DNA of 64,000 nucleotides from Amoebidium appalachense (taxonomy: Eukaryota > Protista > Ichthyosporea): the NCBI GenBank assembly GCA_963693365.1, contig CAVNZM010000008.1, positions 1,984,001-2,048,000 on the forward strand, in the 5' to 3' direction. The notes below the pieces were generated by a model that was given only the letters and a program-made list of their open reading frames with translations, did no database searches and was not told where the DNA came from. Below are positions 52,978 through 64,000 of the stretch, in pieces (positions within the stretch are counted from its first letter, which is position 1; the number at the start of each line of letters is the position of its first letter). Made by a program: the position numbers and the translations under genes.

Positions 52978-53354
52978 GAACAGGTGTGACAGCTGGTCTT
53001 GGGTTATTATACTTGGTGGGGTTCCCAGGTCTCACACTTCCTCCAACAGACTATCGTTGTGAGCCCCAACTCCATCACTCAGTCAATTTGAACCATTATT
53101 ATTGCCTTAAGCTTGCCTTTCCCTCGTGCTAACGTTGGGACATGCGAAGAGCAAAACCATGACTGTGAAGTAATTAACGACGTGGCTTAAGCTTACGTAG
53201 CCGTTCTTACGTCACACGTGCCCTCTCGCGATCGCAAGCGTACCTGCATACAATGTGACATGTACAGGGCTCGTCAGGAATCACCCCAGGCTCAGACAGA
53301 CGTCGACAACTGTGTTGTACATAATAATAATGTAGACGAATGCGGTTCTCGGTG

Positions 53355-53376
53355 TGTTCACTTTGGTGATCTGGGG

Positions 53377-53412
<36 letters not shown>

Positions 53413-53577
53413 CATCATGTCATATGCATGGGACAGGACTACGTATACGTACGTTAAACCCTCACAGAGTTACCTAAACATGTCACAAGTATTGCACTTA
53501 GGTAACTCTGTGAGGGTTTAACGTACGTATATAACCACCCCCCCCCCCCCCCCCCCCCCAGATCACCAAAGTGAACA
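53355..53577. repeat. Nested inverted repeat / long hairpin
   Basis: Perfect 34-bp arms at 53444-53477 and 53498-53531. Outer arms TGTTCACTTTGGTGATCT+poly-G and poly-C+AGATCACCAAAGTGAACA. Confidence 0.9.
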
Positions 53578-53591
53578 AGCAAACAACAGTG

Positions 53592-53629
<38 letters not shown>

Positions 53630-53821
53630 TTCCACACACACACTCTCCACATTGTCTCTTCCACTTTGTTTTCTCTCTTTCTCCATTCATTCTTTAAAAA
53701 CTCCGGCGGTTGTATTGGTTGCATCTTCTTGTTCGTAGCCTGTGTCAAACGTATGTCTGGAAGTGCACCTACACACATTTGCCAACACATACATTTGCAA
53801 GCGCACGAGCACGCGCACTGG

Positions 53822-53868
<47 letters not shown>

Positions 53869-54383
53869 GAGACGCACAACCATACACAAAATACACTGTG
53901 AACCACACGCATGGGTCAAGGTTGGTGACATGGAGAGCATATCCAGGTTCCTCGGCTGTCTTTCTCTCTCTATTCCTCCATCTCTCTCTCCACCCTCACA
54001 CATAACCATATGTATATACTTGAAAATGGTGACAGCAAATACGCCGAATATGGTTACTTATGCTTGAAAGTGCAGCACAGATTCAAAGATTATTGTCTAA
54101 GTTGTCCAACTCGTGTGTTATCCTCTTTGGCTATGTACATCCAAAAGGTCACATGTAGCGCTAGCCATCACCTTCATCCGTGCAAAACAAACACATCTAG
54201 CCGTGTGCTATCTATCGTTATCCGCGTTCCTTCATTCATATCGAAATAACTTGTGTATCTACACACGCAGTCGATGTGTTACTTCTTTTTCAATTCATAC
54301 AACACTGTTCATTCATTCCCAAAATACTTTTCAATGATTAGTATCCATTCTAACATTAATCTCATTTAATAACATGATTAATA

Positions 54384-63840
<9,457 letters not shown>

Positions 63841-64000
63841 CTGGGGGAAAGAAGAAAAAAAGTCAACGTTGATGATAGTAATGAGTTCAAGCGCCCGAGG
63901 AGGAGGAGGAGGAGGGGGGGGGGGGGGGGGGGGGGGGGGGAGGGGAGGGGGGGGGGGGGGGGGGGAGGGGGGAGGGGGGGGGGGGGGGGGGGAGGGGGGG

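Overview
Eukaryotic nuclear DNA from a very intron-rich genome whose introns are packed with homopolymer G/C tracts and (GT)n/(CA)n microsatellites. Almost every ORF in the supplied track is a low-complexity artefact. By following GT-AG boundaries and reading phase by hand I reconstruct five minus-strand genes: (1) an arsenite methyltransferase (AS3MT/ArsM; 9 exons seen, 3' end not resolved) with an unusual N-terminal Cys-Cys/Lys/Glu repeat extension; (2) an SRSF7/RSZ-type SR protein; (3) a complete 25-exon thimet oligopeptidase/neurolysin (M3A, 666 aa); (4) a BTB(KCTD-type)-SPRY gene with an intronless CDS; (5) a tandem CDC48/AFG2-like AAA ATPase, 5'-truncated by the window. The most interesting signals are non-coding. 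A family of 5'-truncated retroelement-like inserts shares one 3' end that abuts poly(C), and one copy has a 15-bp G-tract target-site duplication. A 40-bp tandem array reiterates an exon/5'-splice-site junction 15 times. (CA)n replaces polypyrimidine tracts at many acceptors. There are several foldback/MITE structures, and a 20-bp motif plus co-occurring boxes is shared upstream of two genes. The organism cannot be determined from this window. All alignments were done by eye.
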